From Marsupella aquatica (taxonomy: Eukaryota; Plantae; Marchantiophyta): a stretch of DNA of 64,000 nt. This document shows positions 1-13,463 of the stretch, one piece after another. The translations under genes and the position numbers were made by a program. The notes under the pieces are model-generated. The model made no database searches and was not told where the DNA came from. It worked only from the letters and a program-made list of their open reading frames with translations. The stretch lies in contig OZ316894.1 of NCBI GenBank assembly GCA_973895155.1, positions 8,580,234 to 8,644,233 on the forward strand, written 5' to 3'. How positions within the stretch are numbered: the first letter of the stretch is position 1; each line of letters starts with the position of its first letter.

Positions 1-25
1 CGATTATTTCTTCCTTTCCAGCCAT
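1..25 (-). CDS. Possible start (MAGKEEII...) of a gene running off the window, preceded by a 5' UTR with an intron at 266-142
   Basis: ATG at 25 on the minus strand, open to the window edge; upstream CAAG|GTGAGT donor (266) and CCACAG acceptor (142). Too short to identify. Confidence 0.25.
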
Positions 26-1374
26 TCACGGAATGGGAAGGTTGCTTACTGTCTTCGCAACTGGAAAAATCTTTAAAGAAAGATCAAATTCTTCAAAAGT
101 CCTTTCTCTTGCAACTCTGTCTACTCACTCTGCTACTGTTTCTGTGGATGTGCGTTTGGTAATCAATTTACTGTATGTCTTGTTCCTCCCGGGTTCTGAA
201 CATGCGTTAACATTTTTAATTTATTAAGATGGGAATCTTGCATTTCAGTTCGGTCATCGCACTCACCTTGGAGAAAGTCTACAGTGCTGTTACACGTGTT
301 TGGAATGGTCAAATTGCCGGCTGCGTTGTCAATGTTCCTGTGTCGTAGTATATGTACTTGTGCTGAGCTCCTTGTGTTGTTTGCGATGCAATTGCATGGT
401 CTTTGGGCTCCCACATGGATCTGGATGTTCGCAGGGACTGAAATTCCATGATATTTGCTTGACACTCCTCACTACTGCCCGTAACAGGCCGGCTGGTGTG
501 ATCACAAAAGGTCTCGTCCGGCCCCAGCCCCGTCCTATTCTGGATGACCCCATCGTTTCACAGTCGAAATTGTCGACTGGAAAAAGCCCTCGTGGCTAAT
601 GGGTCGTTTCTGGGAAAGCTTGTAACTCCCCTTTACACCATGATCTTGTTCAACGCCGTTGAAAAAACTTACCAGCGCTTCTCTCTCGTTTGCGACGCAG
701 GATTGACTTGGGAGCGAAGAATCCCCCTAGTCTTTCCGTTAGCTCTGTCGGTGAGCGGACACCGCCACACACCATTTGCAGAAGAGTCACGAATCTGAGG
801 ACATGCCCAGAAGTGAAAACTGTACACTGACCACCCGAGTCACCGCCACGAATCCGCCCTATAATATTGTTGATCAGAACAGAGGGCGGAGTGACGTAAG
901 AGCATCAGTAACGTGTCGCCGAAGAGCACCCGTCGTTCTCTATTGACGGGTGCATTTGTGGGTGAGTACGTTTGTGGGTGAGGGATTTGCTTGACTACCC
1001 GAAAATGAAATAATTATGTTGTTTGATAGGACCCCTGAGTGATACACACGGGTGATTGACCTTGAATCTAGGATCCCTGAGTGATCCACTGATCCACAGC
1101 ATTGATTGACCTTGAATTAAACCTTGAATTAAAGTAAGTAAAACTTCAGGGTCTCTTTCAAATAACACATGTCATTTTGGGGTCCCATCTAGCAAATCCC
1201 TCTTTGTGGGTGGGCAAAGTCAGTTCACCTCGTGCATTAAAAGAGCCCAAGGCTCTGGGCTCGAGCCCTCAGGTCTTATTAGTCCTCTGCGTTCTGCTTA
1301 GCCTTGACGAGTTCAGGAAGTAAGAAATTGAGAGAATTCACATTTAAATCAAGTGTTGGGCTCTTCTCTGCGCT

Positions 1375-1640
1375 GTCCTGTGGAGTACTTTGGAGATGAC
1401 CAATTTCCCTTTTCTTGTGTACAGATTAGTCAAAATCCGTCCCCCAATACTAATTTAATTCACTATCCTTGTGAGGACTTTGGAAGTAGCCACTTTCCAC
1501 TTTCGTGTCTCCAAATTAGTCAAAAACTGGGCCCCCCAAACTAATTTAATTATCTCTCCTTTGAGTACCTTGGAGGTAGGTAACTATCCTTCACTTTCTT
1601 GTCTCTAAAACAGTCAAAACCTGAGCAAACTAATTTAATT
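1375..1640. repeat. Degenerate tandem repeat, about 3 copies of ~90 bp
   Basis: Recurring tcct(t)g..gag(t/g)ac(t/c)ttgga...agtcaaaa...actaatttaatt blocks. Confidence 0.6.
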
Positions 1641-2259
1641 ATTATGTTGCCACCATTTTATATGAGGGTTGGCTTCGGTTGGCCCCCATGTTGTATAGGA
1701 GTTGGCTTTGACGCCACTGTCCTGAATCTATGGAAGAACAAAATAGTCACTTTTTGCACTTTTTCACTTCGTTAAGAAAATGGAGGAGTCAGCACGTATT
1801 GCTTTAAGGACCGTGGGCAGTTTAACCAGACTAGACTAAGCTGACATATATTGGTCAGGGAACATGTGGAGGCTCATAATTTGTACAAACTAACCCTCTC
1901 GCTCGGGCCATAAAAGTGAGAGACATGGCTGGACCAGAACACGATAGTTTTTACTCATAGACAATAGTCAACAGCCACCTTCCAGTGAGTGTCAGATGGG
2001 AGAAACCTGGTCCAGGATGACGATACCGTTGGAGGCTGTTAGCAAACCAATCACATGTCATATTGGGCTGAGTATAATCAAGTTACTCCAACCCATGTAG
2101 GAAATGGGAGGCAACCTCATAATTAAATGAGTTTTGTGGACAGGTTAATAATTTCAAGGAGTTTGGGGGATAGGATAGTAAAAGAGGGGTGGAGGGTAAA
2201 AGGATTCAATTCTCACTCCTGTGTTTACTTTATCCAGTATTCATACAGATGTACACTTA

Positions 2260-2796
2260 GGGTGGCTTTACAAGACGTCGGGGGCAGTTCCTTCACTTTT
2301 CTGACATCCAAGATCCAATCCGGGCCATCCATTGGGGAGATAGTGCTGGAGTTCACTTTAGAAAACGTCGGGGGCAGTTTTGCTCATTGATTCTGCCGAT
2401 CCTACATGGACTTCAGTGGGGCCCAACTTTTGCCGACGTGGAGCTCTTTTTTGTCCAGAATTTTAGACCACCTCCGTTGGAGGTCCCTTCATCGGGCTGC
2501 TTGGTCCATTCCTATTATGGGCAGTTTTCAATAAATGTGGACCCACAGGAACCAGCATTAGCCAAAGATTAGCCAGCATTAGCCAAAGATTCAGGTGGAG
2601 TGGATCCCAAGTTTGTCTTCTAGTCAATGATTCTAGCTACACTGGCCAGAGTTCCCTTTACAAGACGTAGGGGGCAATAAAAGTCTTCTAAATTCTCTAT
2701 TAGCCCCCGTATACTGTTTTTAGCATGTGAAACTGCTGCTGGTTCAGCTTTGGTAGAAAAGGAAGCGAACGGCCCCGACGTCTTGTAAAGTGCCCC
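2260..2796. mobile_element. PIF/Harbinger (Tourist-like) MITE
   Basis: TIRs GGGTGGCTTTACAAGACGTCGGGGGCAG (left) and, reverse-complemented, GGGGCACTTTACAAGACGTCGGGGCCG (right); TTA on both flanks (2257-2259, 2797-2799); internal copies of the TIR motif near 2355 and 2655. Confidence 0.75.
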
Positions 2797-4539
2797 TTAG
2801 ACCTCTTTCATGAATACCAAGTCTGCAGAATGAGAAATATAGTTTACTCCCCAAGTTGCTTTGCTGTGGTAGGCCCGAGGCTTGTGCATGCCACACGGTA
2901 AGCGTGTACAGTAATTGATGAGAACTTTTGAATGGAGCCGTCTTGAGATGGGACTTCTGCAAATTGGACTTCTTCAAATTGGACTTTGGCGGGTTCGCTA
3001 ATGTACATCAAGTCTTCACGCCAAACAGGATTTTATTATGTTGTGCCATTATGGGGCCCTCAAAGGCTCAGTCTCTGTAGGTTGGGTAGGCATGCCATGC
3101 CATGTGAGTAGAACCTTGTCTGTTTTTCTTCTGATCTTGTGTTCTCCGTCATTATGCTTTCAAGGCAAAAAAATTAAATTAAATTTTAAAAATCTCTCTG
3201 GGTTGGGTAGGCATGCCATGCTACAATGTGGGTGGTAACCTTGTGTTCTCCTTCATTAGCTTTAGAGGCAAAAGAAAAGGAAAAAGTTTGAGTCACTCTA
3301 GGTTGTGTGAGCGTTCCATCCTGCAATATGGGTTTAGCCGTGTATTCCCCTTCATTACTCTTCTGAGACAAAACACAAGAAGATTTTTCAGTCACAAGAG
3401 GTTTGGGAAGTCTATCAGTGGTAACCTGGCAAGGGACTCGGCCATAAAATGTGCAGAACACCATGAGGCCAGTCTGCACAGTCCTCCTGCAGGATTTTAC
3501 CATTTCTGCGCAGTGTTCTTGTCTATTTTTAGTTCAGATTTGCACACCCTTCAATTGCCAGTCAGAAAAGACTCTAAACTTTTTTACCTCTATCAAGTGA
3601 AGCCAGGGGAAGAGTTATAGAAGAAACTCCCTTCCTGTGTAAACCCTTCCCAATGTTTGAGGCCCCTATTGTTAGTAGTGTGATGGCCAACCTCAAGACC
3701 AGCATTTATCTTGGAAACCTCAACAGTCAGCATTATATAATTTTCTTTTGGGAGAAATCACCATATAAAAATCTAATACCATTCTAAGTTTGCCTAGCTA
3801 AACCTGAATGGAATCATGGAGGCAAAAGTTATACATTATGAATGACCGTACAAAACGATTACTACAAAAATTGAGAACCTTATTACTGGAAAATATTTAA
3901 ATATTTCTGAGATGTATTGCATTACCATTATTTTTTGATGTAGATAATACTTTACTATCTTTTTAATTTAATTGCTACATTGCCATCTTATTTACTAGTA
4001 GGTAAACAACCTAACAATTACATTCAGCATTTGGCCTGGTTTAACTAGTGGATAGTTGTCCATGTCTCCTAACCTTACTACAACACCTCTCGCAACACCT
4101 TTCAAACTCCAAATATTGGGTCAGGTCTCTTACTTTGCTCCCGCTCTGCATCCTCATGGTTGGCCAGCCCACTGGTCCTTCAACCCCTGGTCAAGGGCAA
4201 GAGAGGCTGTTGAGGTGAACTTGAGGATGGTGGATCATTCCAAACCAACCATCGGCACTTGTCTTACCAAGTAGTAGAAAAAGATGGCAAAATAGAGATT
4301 ATACCCAAAAAAGTGGCAATTTAGTGATCTCAAGTAAATTCTTGTTTAGATTATTTGGTTGCAAACAGTGTATCCAAGAAAAGGCACACGGCCAACCTGC
4401 CTCACCCTCCATCCCCCAAGAGAAAAAAGAATTTTTCTAAATTATTGAAAGAGAGAATTTGATCAAAGGCCTGGAGGGCCAGGGCCATTAAACCAGAGAA
4501 TCCCAAATGGCATAAACGGGGGCATAAGTGGCACAAGGT

Positions 4540-4800
4540 CTTGGGGATCTCACTTCTGTCAAAATAGCAAATCATGTGTGGTCATTTTATTGGTTCTAAG
4601 GGAAAACTTGGAATTTGTGGAAAACATTTTAGTCTTTTAGATCCAAGTTTGAGACTTCTGATAAAAGATACGGCCATTTCCACCAATTTTTGGAATGGCG
4701 ATAAAAAATCCAAACAAATAAGATTCTTAAGTTTTAGGGTGTACAAGGCCTCAAAATGTTGCAGTTGATGTGGGGTTCTTCATATAGTGAGACCCCCAAG
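4540..4800 (-). mobile_element. MITE, same family as 61843-62140, opposite orientation
   Basis: TIRs CTTGGGGATCTCACT / AGTGAGACCCCCAAG; the reverse complement of the right ~70 bp aligns with 61843 onward. TSD is degraded. Confidence 0.65.
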
Positions 4801-4985
4801 GCAAGGCCAACTCTCAGCAGTATAGGCAAAGGAAAACCCTAAGAGGCAACACAAGAGAGTTGTGGGGAAAGTTGCCTCAAGTAGAGGACCAGAACCAGAC
4901 TCAAATTCCTGATGAAATTGACTACTAATCAACAGACAGTAGTCTTTGAACCTAAGACACACCATGATATACAGGCTGTCTACTA

Positions 4986-5790
4986 CTGTCTTCCCCCAAA
5001 CACAGCACCCGGGCGCTGTGTTCGAATATGGTCAAAACAGGGACTTTAGACAAAAAAGATGTTTTCACTCAAACACAACGCCATATTATCAAAGCGCCCG
5101 GGCGCTGTGTTCAAAATTGACTTTGTGTTCGAAAATGCACAAGTGACTATAGGAGAAAGGTAATTGGGTTGCAACTACAATACATTACTTAAAATCGTCC
5201 GACACATCCGCACTTTCAACTTACGAAATCCATCGTCCTTTGAGAAATGTACGCTAATTTCAAAATCCTTCATTCTCGGAGAAGTGTGTGCTCTTTCCAA
5301 AATGTTAAGCAGCAATCCGGAAGTATCAATGTATTCTTCTGTTGTGTGAACTTTCAACGGACTTTCACATCAACCTCTGACTGACGCCATGGCGTCTTGT
5401 CAAAGAAACCCATAGTGCCTATGTGCATAATTAGGTCTGATGACTCACTTTCTCTATTTCCAATTTTCCATTGCCCTCAATATCAAGGCACTCCAATAGA
5501 AATAAAGCAGTCTCACAAACATTCCAGGCTGCAGGAAAAAAGATTAAATAATATAAACGAGCAAATTGGCCACAGAAAACCAAACAACTGTGAAAAGTGG
5601 ACGAAAATTCAAGCACATTACCTTAAATTTGAACACAACTCCACATTTTGAACACAACACCACAAGTCCAAAAAATGAAAACATTGACTTCAAACTCAAA
5701 CACAGCGCCCTGGGCGCTATATTTGAATAGAGTGCACCTTGGCTCACTATTTGAATATAGTGCCCGGGCCTTGTGTTCGGGGGAAGACGG
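4986..5790 (-). mobile_element. Non-autonomous Tc1/mariner (pogo-like) DNA transposon
   Basis: TIRs C(T/C)GTCTTCCCCC(A/G)AACAC..CCCGGGC; TA on both flanks (4984-4985, 5791-5792); subterminal AGCGCCCGGGCGCT-type palindromes; minus-strand remnant LKVHTTEE..RIAA*HFG resembling a pogo N-terminal HTH. Confidence 0.7.
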
Positions 5791-6178
5791 TAGTTGTGTG
5801 ACTATCTAATGGATTAAAGGTGTAGTGTCTGCAAGGTCTGACTTGTTTCCATGTGTTGTCAGTTTGTTTTGCCCCTGGTGACCGGCAAAGATAGCCAGTG
5901 TTGACAGTCAAATTCTTCCTTGTGACCCTCCTATGTTGTATACTTTCATTGGAGCTTTGCAGGGCTTTCTAGTTTACTGCCCAGTCGGGTGCCCGGTAGG
6001 GTTTTATTTTGTTGTTTTCCAGCCTGTGTTTAATTGTTTTTGCCTTTGTTGGAGACTCACTCGGGGTTATTGGCTCTTTGGTCTTCCTGGCTTTTCGCCA
6101 TATTTACTCCCATTTATTGGGTCTCCTGCCTTTGGGACCCTACCTCCCAGTTTGCTGGTTTTTTGTTCTTTGGCAGTG

Positions 6179-6264
6179 TGATATCTATGCTCACACTTAA
6201 AGCTAGCAAACAAAGTTATCTGATATCTATGCTCACACTTAAAGCTAGCAAACAAAGTTATCTG
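6179..6264. repeat. Perfect 42-bp tandem duplication
   Basis: TGATATCTATGCTCACACTTAAAGCTAGCAAACAAAGTTATC x2. Confidence 0.9.
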
Positions 6265-9200
6265 CTAGCAAGTCTTCTTTCCATTGAGATGTAGAAGAAA
6301 AGGCTGAGTTGAGTGAGACCCAAAGGAGATGCCAATTAAGTCACCTCTCCCTCTCATAATTCAATATCAGATACTATCTTGACCCCAGCTCCACCCTTGA
6401 GGTCTCAACAGCCACGACAGTGACGAGACTAGCAGCACAAGCAGCCGCCCAAGGAAATTATCTTGTCATCTACCATGGGAGCAAGTGGGAATACCTAAAG
6501 TCAACTTAGCTAGTGCATGACTAGTGGTAAGAAGAACTTGGCAAATGAAGTTTAAAACCTATATACGTGACATTTAGTGCATTACAGTTGTCATGTACAA
6601 TATGGGAGTGATTAGTTTCTATCGGAGTGACTATGTAGGTTCAAAATAGCACAGTCAATGGTCAAAGCTATGACAAATGGGCAGGCTCGTTTGTCTTATA
6701 AGGTCTCTATTTTTTCCTACCACCAAAAATACTGTCACCCTACCCTCGTAGGGTTGCTGCAACTGAAAGCAATCGTCCCCAAAATGGTAATACAAATATT
6801 AGAGGACTATAGTGTCTAGATAAGTGTGAATTGGTTTTTAAAGATACCTAAGAGTGTGGGAATCCCCATAAAGAAAGTAATATAGTTTTTTATGTAGTGA
6901 TTCATGCTCAAAAGTGTTTCCATGTTGAGAAGAATAATGAATCATTCATTTTTATAGTTTGGATGAATTTTTAAGTGACCCCTCTAAAACAAGAACAAAT
7001 TGGCTTTGTGGGTGACTTGGTACTTGTGCCTCAATGCTTATTCCTTTACAAAGTGTCTTCTCCTCACTGCTTATTCCTTTAGAATAATGGCCCCGTTTGC
7101 ATTCTCACATGCCATTTATCTACCAGACAATGAAAGGAAAGAGAAAGAGTTCCAAAGAGAACAAACACCTAACCAGAAAAAAGAAAAGCAAATGTAAACC
7201 TAAACTATTGTGAATCCCTTTCAAAAAAAATCTTAGAAAAACAAAATCCGAAAGGTGGATATACTGGCCATATAGCAGTGTAGTTTTATGAACTCCAACT
7301 TACTACCTCATTTTATGTTGTTTGATAAAAAACGACTTCTAAAAACCTACTTTTTCTTTATTGTTAAATCAAAGATCCATTGGTAGAATAAGATCGAAAC
7401 CACCCAGGATCCAAGTGGAACGAGTCAGATGGAATCAAGTAAATGACACTAAATCCAAAATAATATACTGACCGTACCTATGTCACATTTGTTTTTTAGA
7501 GAATAAGGAATTTGACTGTCAAAACCAAAGCAAACCATCCATGTAAACAAATTTTGTGGATGTTCATAAGAATTGTTAGGCCTTATGTAGATTACTTAAT
7601 TTCTTACGATATTTTGATATGATATTTGTATAATTAGCACACTTTCAGGAGAAACCTTACAAACTCAACACTGTAGTAGTAACCTGGTTTGGAATCTTTG
7701 ATCACAAAAAATTATTGTACCTTGCTTCTAGACTTTTGCAGATGGCCATTTAATTTTTCTCAGTCTATTGTTCCGGTATTTAGTTGACACCCAACAAAAA
7801 CATGTTCAGTACCTATTTCAACAGAAAACACCTTTACCGGGCCTTTTGCCTCCCATGGAAAGTTTCCAATTTTTACTAATATACTATCCCCAAAACTGGG
7901 AAAAAATTACTAACCTGACCCCAAAACCAATTTAATTGTCAGGCTGCCCTCCATTTGTACGTGAGTTGACTTGGCTCAACTATACTAACTCCCGATGACA
8001 CATAATTGGTTCACAAACAAATGGAGGCTCATGTTTAGCAAGTGCAAACCCAGGCCTCCAACACTGAAACTGATTTTGGGTATCGACAACTGCCTAGAAA
8101 GAAAAATCTTTTGTATCTTGGCCCCCCTCATTTCCCCCACTTTCATTATCAGAGGGGGTTAACTTGAATTTATGAGCTTCCACTTGTCACTTATCGATGA
8201 CAAGCCATCTTGAGTTAGTCTAGTAAGTCTGGTTATGCAAACCCACATATAAAATGTGGGGCAATTGATAATTACTTTTGGGGACAAGTTTGTAAATTTG
8301 ACTAGTTTGCGGGTCAGGAAATTAAAAATGTATAAACAGACAGTCCGCCATGTCTAAAACGCCGGTCCAAGTGATGCTAAAGATGATCCCAGGGATGGAC
8401 CCAAGAGAGACCCGGAAGAGGATGCCAAATACATGGATCTTGATTCCAAGGGGAACAAGACTCAAGGAAGAAGAGACGGCAGGGAAACCTCCAGAAGCAA
8501 GGGAGAACTCAACCTGAAGCCATACCAAGAGCACATGGCCGAGTTGGAAGACAAAGGTCATCGTCGTGACCAAAAAGGGAAGGGTCCCACTATGGCACAA
8601 AATACTCCTAAGAAGGTGGAATCAGTAGAGGCCAAGCCAAAGCCAAAACCGGGGGCAACCACCAAAATGTCTCGGCAAAATATCGGACAAGAAACACAAG
8701 TATAAATGCAAAACAGCCAAGGTGGTTTTTCCAAGCTACCTTATGGTTTTTTTGAGCAGAAGCTTGCAAGGAGCCTGAAGGGACAAACAAACTATACACC
8801 TTAAGCAATGCAAGTGCACCACACATACGCTTAGGTGGCGGCTACAGATAAATTGGCTGGCCTAGGGACTCTCACAATTGGGCAGCGGTTCTGAGCCAAT
8901 AGCATAAATTTTCCAGTGATTAGAGTCTTTAAGAAACCCAACCGAGTGATCTCCACCATGGAAGTTTGCTTTGGAGTATTCAACCAAATCTTGGAGAGAG
9001 TGGGCACAAGTTGTGTGTATGTATTTTAACAAGAATAGCTTGAACGACTATATCACCCCATCTTGAGTTGGGTGCAATTTTGTTAAGTTGCTCTATTGTG
9101 TGAGTTTGGGAGGGTGACCCATTCACCCAGGTCACCATGTGTTGTCGTTTGGGAATTGTTGTTAGTTAAGGTATGTTGTTATCAATGCATTGGTGTTGTC

Positions 9201-9727
9201 AAAACAATTGCACATGGAAAGGATAGTTGGAAGAGAAGGCATGAGTTGTGTGAAGGGAGGAGATGCGGAAATTGGGCAAACAGGAGGAAAATTAGAAGCT
9301 GGACAGTCAGGGAAGAAATCTGGGATGAAAAATTGATGATCAACATGGAAGATGATGAGCAAGGAGGTTGATGATCAACATGGAAGATGACGCACAAGGA
9401 GGAGACTCAAAAGACAACATATACTTTATGTGGGTGAGAAGGAGAGTTGGGGTTGGGGTTTTGAAGTCAGGCATGGGAGGTCAAGAATGAAGAGTTTGAA
9501 GGGGAGGACAAAACTTGAAGTTTGGCAAGGATCAAGAAACTTGGAGGGATAGGGAGGAAAAAAAACGTTGGCCAAGCTCTTCCGGCACTGTTGCCTCCTA
9601 GCTACAGCAGGTTTCGTGGTTGTGTTTTCTAGCCCCTAAGATGTCACCAGCTACTGTAGCTGTTGTGGCTTCAATGACTAGCTAAAATCATTTTTCACAC
9701 TCTAATTTGTGGCCCTCTGTTTCTCCC

Positions 9728-9990
9728 CTCCCCATGCACAACATAACCATGGGAGGGAGAGGGCTGTGCATTCCGGGTGAGCTATGCTGCAGGAGGCTGC
9801 TTTTAGCAGATCAAAGATAAAGAATTAACAAAGCCCAAATCTGATAGCCAGCAATGCATCCTATGGGCCCTCCCGCTCCCCACGCGCAACATAATGATGG
9901 GAGGGACAGAGCTGTGAGCATTGGGCGAGCTGTGCTGTGGGAGGCAAATTTTAGCAGATCAAAGGTAAAGAAATAACAAAGCCAAAATCT
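9728..9990. repeat. Diverged tandem duplication, period ~148 bp
   Basis: ctcccca..caacataa..atgggaggga..tttagcagatcaaag.taaagaa.taacaaagcc.aaatct occurs twice. Confidence 0.75.
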
Positions 9991-12225
9991 ATCGGCTGGA
10001 AGTCATTCGGAATGGAAACTAGTTTCTTCGGAACATAGTTTGTAAACGGACATGGAAAATTAGAGTCGGGATTGCTTGTTGTAGTTGTTAGATGACAGCC
10101 TGAAGGAACAGTGTCAGAAAGAGTAAGAGCAAAATCTCACTAGAAGTTACTAGCCATCAAAGCATGTTTGGCAGAATATAGCTTGAAGATGTCTTAATAT
10201 TGGCCTAATTTCAAAGACATAGCAAGTGAGGTGGTGTTTTACTTTTGAGCCCCCAAGCAACAGGTTACTTCACTAGTTATGCCGATAGATAAATCATTTA
10301 AGGGATGGGTGCGAGAAAATCACGTTTCAGATCAGGTCTTTTCATCAGAATGAACAAAGTAATGTTGAAGGCTGATGAAAACTTTCCTAGCACCGTTTAT
10401 AACACCTGCTGTCGTTCTTTTGGGTGCACTGAATAGACTACAGTCATTTGGCATAAGATAGACCAATTGGACTCTTTGAGAGGCATTATTATGGTTTTGG
10501 AGAATAATTCACAAAGGGAAAGCCAGAAAATTATCCTATGCCCCCAAATAAAGCCTGAAGACACCATCTCATCGTTCACGTTAGGAACTTCAGCTGCAAA
10601 TTCGAATTGCATCTAGTCCACTGATCAAACCCTAGCCATAATTGAACTTACAAGCTGGTTCATGACAGTTTATACAACCTTGTTAACGTGCCCTTGGGGT
10701 GCACACCCTAAGCACCAACTCCATCCGGACAAGCCTGTTATCACTAGACATGAGACAGATGGCCTAGCACGACAACTACATCGGCCACGATCAAGCCATT
10801 TTAGTGAGTGATAGATGAATATGAACTTCCAACTGGAAAATGAAATTGACAAGCTAAGTCTCTTGAGTTAAAACTAACTCAGATATTGTTTACACTTTCG
10901 CATAATCTCTGCGGTAGATTTCGAAGGCCACTAAATTCCAAGGGAGCTCAGACTACTCTACACCATTGTGTCCATGGCTCCTTCAATTGCTGAATCATTT
11001 TATTCAGAGGCCACTTCCTTCAAAATAATACACTTCCGTAATGTACGATATTAGTTTAACAAGGTGCGGGTGGAGCAGAAGTATCTCCAGTTCACAAATG
11101 AAAGTATCGACCCAGAATGCGACCACGCCAACCCTGCAAACTAAGCACCTCTCGTGTATTTACTAGTATTGTGACATATCTACGTCAATGAATCACAATC
11201 TACCCGCCGAATAGTACCAGAAATCGGTTGCAGCCTTGGAAGTTGAGCACCGTTGGCTTCCGCTTAGTCCACTACCTCCAGTGTTTCACCCAAAAAGCGA
11301 AAGGTGGGGAGGGGGGAGATAAAAGACCCCACATGCATCACTTTTGCAGCAACTTAAAGTACAACAAATAATCAAACCCACCTACGGATTGAACCGAATG
11401 CTGCTGGCCCTTCTAACTTCCATCCACTGCTGGTTCCGTTGACTTCCATTCTTCTTCCGCAGGTTCGTCTGCAGGAATCGAAGGCTCCACATCTGACAGT
11501 AACAAGACATAAACCATCGTTTAGTTCTTTAACAACTGTAGAATCATAAGGAAAAGTTTGTTGTAGCGTCACATCGCATTCTTCTTCTTCGTGCAACTTT
11601 AAAATACCATTAAAGTATGAGATTAGAGTTTTATTTCAAGCTCCTCTGGCGAGATGTCCTCGCTTGCCATTTGCAGCACATTATCTCGTCAAATTTATAT
11701 GTCTGGACCTAATGTTTACTCTTTGGCATCTAGTGAATGCAAGCTTGGGAAAAGTATCTTACTAATCAAATGATGTATTAGCTCTGGAAGTAGAATCCAG
11801 CCAACTAAAATCTAGTTGTACAGCAAAATTGCCTAGCCATAACTAGAGATTTGAAGTCCAATCAAACCTGAACTAAGCCTTGTTTAATGCTCTTACAAGA
11901 AAGAAACAAAACAGCGAATTCAAAAGATGAGAATTTCCTCCACATCTAGGTGGAGGCCTGGGCGTAGCTTCTAGCTACAAATGTCAATCAGCGAAAGGAT
12001 CGAAAATTAATGTCAAAGACTCACGGTGTTTTTCTCAGCTCTAAAACACCAGTAACCAAGTAAAAGCCAGAGAAGCCTAACTTGAGAGTATAATGTACGA
12101 GTATCGTCGTCTCGACGTTCTTAATACCAAGTAGTCGGCTTATGAGAAGGAGACATTAGTGTTGATTGCCTCTGACACTAATCACTTACGACACATCAGC
12201 CCAACTAGATAGAATAGGGTTTACA

Positions 12226-13463
12226 TCACGATTTGGTATCTGCAGCGGGCGTTTAGACATGTAGGAAAGTACTAGTTTTTCCAACGATTTGAGTGAATGA
12301 AAAGTGGAGGTTAGACAACTTACGGTATGCCTGGGGAACAATAATAAGGGGAACAGGTGAGTGTCTGGCACAATAATCTGTCGCACTTCCCACCAGCATA
12401 CTGCTCTCATGCAATTACAACAACATACGTATGAAACAATCAGGACAGAACATAAATACATTAACCTGATGCAATTGACAAAGCTTGCTACCTCGATATG
12501 ATTACAGGAAATCCGCAGACGATTGTTTAAGCCGTTGAATTGAGCATTATTTTCATTTCTAGACATCCTACTACGGCAAGTCATTCCCCACGCGAGAGTC
12601 AATCTGATGGTCACCTTTTGACCAAGCCCAGTCCACGACAACCCATGATGATAGCCGTAGCTTTGAGGTGGATCGCTTCAGAGCAGATCTCCTTCCCTAC
12701 ATCGCCAGACTTGAACACCGGAACGATTTTCACCTGCCATCGATACGGATAAACAGCAATCAGAAACGAGAGTTAACCTCGAGGACAATAACCACTGTAC
12801 CACCTAGGGCTTTGCTCAAATACCAAATTAAGTCTCCTGTCCATATAGACCTACTCGATGTCCCTGGACTGTCACAGAGTGCTGAACACAGGGTGTTGTT
12901 AGCGGCTTTAAAGAGGAGAGAAGGCAAAACTCACAGAACATTTTTCACGGGCCTCCTTAGTCAATTTGTCAATTAGCAACTCTGTAGCATCGTAGATTGT
13001 AGACTCGCTGGCGCAACCCTCTGCAAAGAACCATAGTCAAGAGTTACGAAAATTGCCAAGTGCTCAAAATATGCAACAGCTGAAATTTTCAGAACCCCTC
13101 GTATGAATGGCTCCCACATCAACAGATTCCCACTCAAAATCAGGATAAAGCCATTCAAAAAATGGCATAGTATTCCTCATGTCTCACCCTACAAATTGTT
13201 TTCAGATATTGGACTGACATTAACGAAACACAAGGAGGAGAGGAAGAGAGGAAGAGGGGAAACACACAACTGGGAAGCACGTGGAAGAGGTAAACTGTGT
13301 CGGCATGAGTGACGAACTGGTCGAGAGCCCAAGTGAAAGCCCGTTGGCTGTTAGGCCCATGATCGATGGCCACCAATATCCTTCTCCCAGACGAGAACTT
13401 CTCCTCCCTCTCCAGCTCATCCTCTCTCGGCACTTTGGCCTCAGGTATTGCTCCTAGCGTCAT
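12226..13463 (-). CDS. RD2: Universal stress protein, RD2 (Responsive to Desiccation 2)-like, 162 aa; exons 13463-13271, 13020-12935, 12733-12615, 12400-12324, 12239-12226
   Basis: Spliced ORF with GT-AG introns in consistent phase: GRRILVAIDHGPNSQRAFTWAL, IYDATELLIDKL, GDVGKEIC, IIMGCRGLGLVKSMLVGSATDYC, PLIIVP. This is the USP ATP-binding motif with an RD2-type VAxDHGPNS. The last exon is less certain. Confidence 0.85.
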
